DNA of 43,693 nucleotides from Octopus sinensis. Its lineage: Eukaryota. The stretch covers positions 1 through 43,693 of the forward strand of contig NW_021834980.1 of the NCBI RefSeq assembly GCF_006345805.1, given 5' to 3'. The position numbers and the translations under genes were made by a program. This document shows positions 37,036 to 43,693 of the stretch, piece by piece (the stretch's first letter is position 1; every line of letters begins with the position of its first letter). Under the pieces are notes generated by a model. That model had not been told where the DNA came from and did not search any database. It saw nothing but the letters and a program-made list of their open reading frames with translations.

Positions 37036-37429
37036 TATATTTATTTATATAATTATTTATTTATATAATTTAACGGCGGTGCATCAGCATGGCCGCAGCT
37101 CTGTGCTGGAACTGAAAAAAAAAATTAAGAATCAGTGTTACATACAAAACACAGTGAATTTACACTTAAAGTTATAAAACATTTGTATAATTAAAACTTT
37201 GGGATAATGAAACATAAAAAGGACATATTAAAATGCATTGAAATTCCAGAAAAAATACAGAAAAAAGCAAAATTACAAAATTGCTCATCTACGGGCTGTT
37301 TCGGAGACGCGCCAATTAACATGATACATTTCATATTTTCGAAACTGACACTCACCTCATCGGGATGTTTTTACACACAATACACAATACATGGAAACAA
37401 ATATACAATTACATACCAGCCATATGCGG

Positions 37430-37516
<87 letters not shown>

Positions 37517-37519
<3 letters not shown>

Positions 37520-37696
37520 TCTAAATCCACTCACAGGACTTTGATCGGGCAGAGGGCTAAAGTTGAAGACATTTTCTCAAGATGCCACGCAGTAGCACTG
37601 AACCCAGAACCATATGGTTGGGAAGCAAGCTTCTTACCACACAGCCACGCCTGCGCCTAGAAACCACGCCTGCGTCTACAAGCCACGCCTGCGCCT
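37517..37696 (-). mobile_element. SINE family A 5' half with triplicated head
   Basis: ccacgcctgcg(c/t)ct repeated at 37645, 37664 and 37683. Confidence 0.85.
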
Positions 37697-37793
37697 TTAT
37701 GCAAATATTGTAAATAACGTCATTTTGTGAAAAACTTAAGGTACGAAGATCTACATCTATTCTGTCACTAGAGAACACGAACAGCAACAACAC

Positions 37794-37855
<62 letters not shown>

Positions 37856-37875
37856 TAACAATAATAATAATAATA

Positions 37876-38182
37876 ACCGGACATTGATGTGGTGAGTAAA
37901 AGAAAAAGAACTTGCATGATAATCGACGTAACATGTCCTGGTGACAACAGAATCAAAGAAAAAGAAGATAAAATGAACAACTATGGCGATTTGAAGTGGG
38001 AAATAGGAAAGTTGTGGTCAATGAGGAGAGTAGACGTGATACCAATGATAATTGGTGCATTTGGAAGTGTCAGCACTCAACTACCAGCATGGCTCGAAAA
38101 AGATTGGTACATATGTAAAGATACAACACCTACAAAAATCAACAGTGCTTGAAACTGCAAGAATTCTTCGCAGGTGTATTAA
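37876..38182 (+). mobile_element. RLE-type LINE C-terminal fragment starting immediately after (AAT)n
   Basis: PDIDVVSKRKRTCMIIDVTCPGDNRI...YGDLKWEIGKLW...IPMIIGAFGSV...LQKSTVLETARILR. Confidence 0.87.
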
Positions 38183-38184
38183 TT

Positions 38185-39212
38185 TGACGTTCGGGAAAGT
38201 AAGAAAGTCTTTTATGTTTCGAGCCTACGCTCTTCAACAGAAAATAATAAAAGAAAATAAACAAAGAATAAAAAACTTGTGAATTTAGCGATCAAGCATG
38301 ACGGCTGGTTGGGAAAAATGACTTGATAGGAGAGGTAGAAAGAGGGGAGATAATAAAGTATTGGTGATCCCAAAACGAAGGTGCACGTGCATGTGTGTAT
38401 GTGAGAAAGTTTAAGTGTGTGTGCATAGGAGCTAGTGACTTTGTTTAGTGTGTGTGCATCTATATTTTTTGGGCGTGCGGATGGTGGTCTGTGGGTGTGC
38501 GGATAATGGAGTGTGGGTGTGCAGATGATGGCGTGTGGTGTGGGTGCTAGGAAGTAGTCAGTGCTAGTGTGTGTGGCGTTGTGTGGGTGATGAGGGGTGG
38601 TGTAATGTGGTGTGGTGGTGTGGTATGTGGGAGTGGGGTGTGAGGGTGAGGGAGGTGGGTATCAATGAAGAGAGAAGGTGGATAGGAGTGAAGAGAGGAA
38701 GTTGGTGTCAGAGCAAGAGAGGATAGGAAAGATGGGTAGGAGTGAAGAGAGGAAGTAGGTGTCAGATGAAGAGAGGAAAGGAGGAGAGTCCATATGGCGC
38801 AAAGGAGCGAAGAAAGAAGAATAATTCCTGTTCACGGTGAAGGCGAGAATCCGGATGGCAAAGACAATCCGGACACAAAGACAATCCAAATAGGTGTTGT
38901 AGTGTGCAACAAGTAGAGCGGAAATGGCGCGAGACCGGGGTGTCATTGCCGAGTCTGATGTCGCGGAAGTGCTCCGCGAACCGGTCAGCCAAGCGGCATC
39001 CCGTTTGACCGATGTTCAGAGAAGGGCAGGATGGAAGGATTGGGCAAAAGAGAGGAAGGAGTCTAGTTGGTCACGGGAGAGTGAGGTCGCGCGCCGATAC
39101 AGTCATCAATATAACGACCGTATAGGTCGGGAGTGGAGCCAGTGAATCGTGAGAATATTTGGGCCTCAACGTAACCAACGAATAGGTTCGCATAGTTGGG
39201 GTCCATTCTGGT
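38185..39212 (-). mobile_element. Internally deleted Penelope-like element (RT core fused to GIY-YIG half, then 3' region with hammerhead)
   Basis: Minus strand MDPNYANLFVGYVE...LYGRYIDDCIGA...FAQSFHPAL joined to LNIGQTG.RLADRFAEHFRDIRLGNDTPVSRHF. Confidence 0.88.
38209..38244 (-). ncRNA. Degenerate minimal hammerhead motif in the PLE 3' region
   Basis: UUUU-CUGUUGA-A-GAGC(GUAG)GCUC-GAAA-CA-UA-AAAG; A6U and G16.2A changes, probably inactive. Confidence 0.55.
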
Positions 39213-39286
39213 TATACATATATATATATACATATATATATATGCTTATACACATATAAATGTGCATATATATATATACATATATA

Positions 39287-40916
39287 CAGTGGCGGTCAAA
39301 ATGTTCAGAACAGCATTGTTTTCGTCAGAAAAGTAGATATAATTTTTTATCAAAGTTGTTTTATATTCTATAATTTTCACAGACAATAAATAAGATATTA
39401 TTTGTTATTGCCTGAGATTTTGGTGCAATTTGAGAGGATAATACAAAAGTTATGGATGATTTAGTGATTTACTGCAAAACCCATGGCGGCCAAAATGATC
39501 AGAACGGTTGCTTTTACTCCGTGTTTTAGTATATTTAACCGGCGAACTCTAATGTTTTGAATTTGTTTACGTGACGGTTCGTTTACTAAACATTAGTAAG
39601 AATATTTGCAGTGTACTTTGTTTATATAATGCCACTTACTCCGCTACCAATTCGTCAGCAGATTATTAAGCTTCGAAGGAAGGATAATTTAAGTATTGGA
39701 TCTATTGCAAAGATTATTAACAAGTCAAAAAGTGTTGTTCACGGTATTCTTAAGGTCTACGATGATTGTGGTTCATGTGAAGCAAGAAAGTTTACAGGTA
39801 GGCCAAGAAAAACGACCAAGAGAGAAGATCGTGCTATGGTAAAGTTGGTCAAATAGGACATTTTTAAAACTGCTGCTGCTGTTTCTCGGAAAATGAGCAT
39901 TGTATTGAAGAAAACTTTATCTCGAAAAACTGTGTCTCGTTGTTTAGTTGAACATGACCTACAAGCAAGAACACCTACAGTGAAGCCACTGATCAGCTCC
40001 AAGAATAAAAAGTGTCGTCTTACCTTTTCAACCGAACATGTGTTGTGGTCTCAAGTAAAATGGCAAACGGTGCATTTCAGTGATGAATCTAAGTTTATGT
40101 TATTTGGTTCAGATGGGAAAAGGTACGTTCGTCGAAAAGTAGGTGAAAAATTGTCGCCTAACGGCCTTAAGACTAGTGTTAAATTCGGTGGAGGAAGTGT
40201 CATGGTTTGGGGGATGATATCTGGAGATGGTGTGGGCCCTTTGGTGCAATTACATGGAAAGGTAAATGCAGGAGTTTATAAACAACTTGTAAAAGATCAT
40301 GTCTTGCCTGTGCTGAGAAATTCAACTAAGCGACCACCCATATTCATGCAGGACAATGCCCCATGTCACAAGGCTAAGGTGGTCATGAACTTCCTCAAGG
40401 CTGAAAAGGTTATTGTTATGGATTGGCCTGCTCAAAGCCCAGATCTCAATCCTATTGAAAATGTATGAAATAGACTAGGAGAACGTTCGAAAGCCAGAAA
40501 TCCTAAAACAACTGAGCATTTATGGAATGTCCTTCAGGAAGAATGGAATAAGATCACCCAGCAAGAAATTGAAAATTTAATTTCCTCATGCAGTCGAAGA
40601 TGTCAGAGTGTGATTGAAGCTAAAGGGCTTCACACTAAATATTAAATAATTCCAGTATTCTCTGTCATTTTTGATTATTTTGTTATTTTTTCAACCGTTC
40701 TGATCATTTTGACCGCCATAGGTTTTGCAGTAAATCACTAAATCATCCATAACTTTTGTATTATCCTCTCAAATTGCACCAAAATCTCAGACAATAACAA
40801 TTAATATTGTATAATATTGTTTGTGAAAATTATAGAATATAAAACTACTTTGATAAAAACTTATACTTACTTTTCTGACGAAAACAATGCCATTCTGAAC
40901 ATTTTGGCCGCAACCG
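39287..40916 (+). mobile_element. Full-length Tc1-family DNA transposon, IR/DR type, 1630 bp, in a TA context
   Basis: ~224-bp TIRs (39287-39510, 40692-40916), each with outer and inner direct repeats (tggcgg(t/c)caaaatg(t/a)tcagaac); TA at both ends. Confidence 0.96.
39629..40645 (+). pseudogene. Tc1 DD34E transposase, 338 codons, no frameshift, two premature stops
   Basis: FSDESKF, VMVWGMIS, MQDNAPCH, WPAQSPDLNPIEN with 34 residues between D and E; TAG at 39854-39856 and TGA at 40466-40468; ends GLHTKY*. Confidence 0.95.
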
Positions 40917-41020
40917 TATATATATATATATAACATATATATATATATAGATGGGTACCTGTGACGATGTGTGTCCCGACATCCAAAACTCGGATTTTGA
41001 TCATGGCTACCGAATAATTG

Positions 41021-41075
<55 letters not shown>

Positions 41076-41819
41076 CGCATACTTATATATACATATACAT
41101 ATATATGTGTATGTTTGTGTACTTCAATATATAAATATGCGCATATATGTATATATGTGTATGTGTGTGTTTGTGTATTTATGTATGTATTCATTTATAT
41201 ATAAGTGCGTGTATATATGCGCATCTATGAGTATCTGTGTGTATGTGTGTGAGTGAGTGCCTGTGTCTGTGTCCAAGTTGTATATGTGTATATATATATA
41301 TAAGTAGCTTCAAGCTTATTTATCTTTGGAGACTTTCGCTTTTTAATCGATCTGCTAGACAATTATTCAAATACTGGTTTTATTCTTGAGATAATCAAAA
41401 GAAAATAGTTGATGGAGATTTCATTTCCTGACGGGAATCAGCTACCAATATCAGCTTGGCAGGAGAAAAATATTCAGTTGCGATTGCCATCAAATGCAAG
41501 TACTATGACTATACACACACTTATTTATATATACACACATGTATATATAGTATTGCGCTTATGTGTACATGTGTGTACGAATGTTACGTCTGAATGTGTG
41601 TGTGTGTGTGTGTATGTTAAGTGTGCATGTGTGTGAGTATATGTGTGTGTGTGTGTACTTCCTCTTTCCTGCTTGGTGACTTTGCTGTTGACGAAGCTGG
41701 CGGATGTGTTGATGGCGTTTCCTTGGACATTAGCCGTCATCAAGCTACCATTTTTATAAACAGAAAATTGACATACACCTTCTAAAGAATCCTCTCACTT
41801 GCACATGCAAACACATTTT

Positions 41820-41822
<3 letters not shown>

Positions 41823-41905
<83 letters not shown>
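41823..41905. repeat. (CT)n microsatellite
   Basis: Direct reading. Confidence 0.97.
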
Positions 41906-41909
<4 letters not shown>

Positions 41910-41970
41910 TTTATCATTTTTCAGAGGTGGGATGTCGTTTTTTAAGTGCTTATTTAATGTAATTTCGTTA

Positions 41971-42317
41971 CAACAGGTACGCCTAGATTAAACATATAAG
42001 TACGAGGCAATCCAGCATGTGCCCCATGCTTATACATTATAATTTCTCAAATCCACCGCGCAAGCGCAGTTTTTATCCGCAGTAAATAGAATAATACCGG
42101 CGTTACTTCGAAAATTTTCCAGAAAAAATTATCAATAATTAATAATATCAGGGTAACAAAAACTTTAGAAACCTCTACTACCAGTGGCCTAGCGTGTAGA
42201 AAAATTAGTCAATAGACTATATATTATTCATATAAATACAGTGTACATTTAAGCACATAAGATTTATCCATCAGAAGATTCATTGTACTTATATGTTTAA
42301 TCTAGGTGTACCTGTTG
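41971..42317. mobile_element. Putative MITE, 347 bp, 33-bp terminal inverted repeats
   Basis: caacaggtacgcctagattaaacatataagtac (41971-42003) versus gtacttatatgtttaatctaggtgtacctgttg (42285-42317), one mismatch; no clear TSD. Confidence 0.55.
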
Positions 42318-42557
42318 ATGAAGACTTCGCCTAGCAAATTATTTTGTTTGCTAATGAATGTCAGAAACCATGGTCCAGGAGATAGATGGTAAATGTTTTT
42401 ATTTCTCATTCCCGTCGAGGTTTATCCCTAATAGTGGTTTGGATTTTGGCTATTCCTTCTAGCGTGCCAGGAATCTTATGATGGATACCCCTTAAATGTC
42501 TAAATGTTCACTGTATTTTTATAATGAATAATATATATATTACATATAATATATATA

Positions 42558-42594
<37 letters not shown>

Positions 42595-43181
42595 CTATAT
42601 ATATATATATATATATAATGTGTGTATGACATACACACGATATATGTATGCATCTATAAAACGTGTCAGACGAATGAGAGTGTGCCTAATGCATTTTGTG
42701 GAAGATATGTTTATATACGCTTAATGCTTATCGCACAACTGAAGATTCACACCGCTTTAAAGATCGCCTAAACAGGGTGTGAAACTCCAGTGGCGAGATA
42801 AAAATCCACTTTCACTAGAATATTTCTATTGGTGTGAATGCGGGTGTGTGTGCGTAGGTGTGCATGTGAATGCACATTTACACATAAGCACACACACACA
42901 CAGAGTAGCAAAAACAACTGGTGGCACTCGAGAACCTATTACGTGAGAGCATTTTCTTTTTTACCTGACTTACCCATCAACAAAATATTATCATATTTCC
43001 ATATACTTTTCTTGTCATTTAAATGCATGACTGGAGCCCAATTTTCCCACGTTTTTATGAAATGTGAAACTTTTACGATTGTTTTTATTGATAATTGTAA
43101 TTTTGTAACTAAAGAAAATATTATCCTTATTTTTTTTATTTTATAGTGCTTCTTGTCATTCTAAATTCGTGAGCAACATAT

Positions 43182-43554
43182 CGCCGTCACGGCACTCCGT
43201 CGGTTACGACGATGAGGGTTCCAGTTGATCCGATCAATAGTGAAATTAACGTACAAGTGGCTGAGCACTCCACATACACATGTACTCTTGACGTAGTTCT
43301 CAGGGAGATTCAGTGTGACAGAATGTGACAAGGCTGGCCCTTTGAAATACATGTACAACAGAAACAGGAAGAAAGAATGAGAGAAAGCTGTAGTAAAAGA
43401 GTACAGTGGGGTTCGCCACCACCCCTGCCGAAGCCTCGTGGAGCTTGGAGGAGTTTTCTTTCAATAAACACAAAAAACGCCCGGTCTGGGAATCGAAGCC
43501 GCGATCCTATGACCGTGAGTCCGCTGCCCTAACCACTGGGCCATTGCGCCTCCA
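43182..43554 (-). mobile_element. Full-length SINE family C with 12-bp TSD
   Basis: Head ggaggcgcaatggcccagtggttagggcagcgg; tgagcaacatat at 43170-43181 and 43555-43566. Confidence 0.92.
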
Positions 43555-43693
43555 TGAGCAACATATAAAGCGTTTCTCACAGAAATGTCTTTTAATTCAG
43601 GACAGGCAATTTCTTATTCTGTAGTCTGCTACTGTGATGAAAAATATATTGGCTTGCCCATAACACGTGATCATGCAACATAGCGCAAACTAA

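Overview
AT-rich eukaryotic non-genic DNA made almost entirely of microsatellites and transposable-element debris. The SINE families and repeat style suggest an octopod cephalopod (Octopus); this is my inference from recall, not a database result. I could not support any host protein-coding gene, and most ORF-track entries are microsatellite read-through. Contents: (i) six RLE-type (R4/Dong-like) LINE 3' fragments plus a 140-bp mini copy, most abutting (AAT)n; (ii) two Penelope-like elements (RT/GIY-YIG); (iii) RTE- and CR1-group LINE fragments and two L1/Tx1-like ORF1 fragments; (iv) a full-length IR/DR-type Tc1 (DD34E) with two nonsense codons; (v) at least four tRNA-headed SINE families; (vi) a Helentron-type non-autonomous element and a putative MITE. 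Most interesting: four minimal type-I hammerhead ribozyme motifs, tied to the Penelope-like elements and to ~200-bp non-coding modules next to (TA)n; three fold-back hairpins with 29-37 nt loops in 28.6-31.5 kb; and several near-identical local duplications of 200-465 bp that look like templated insertions.
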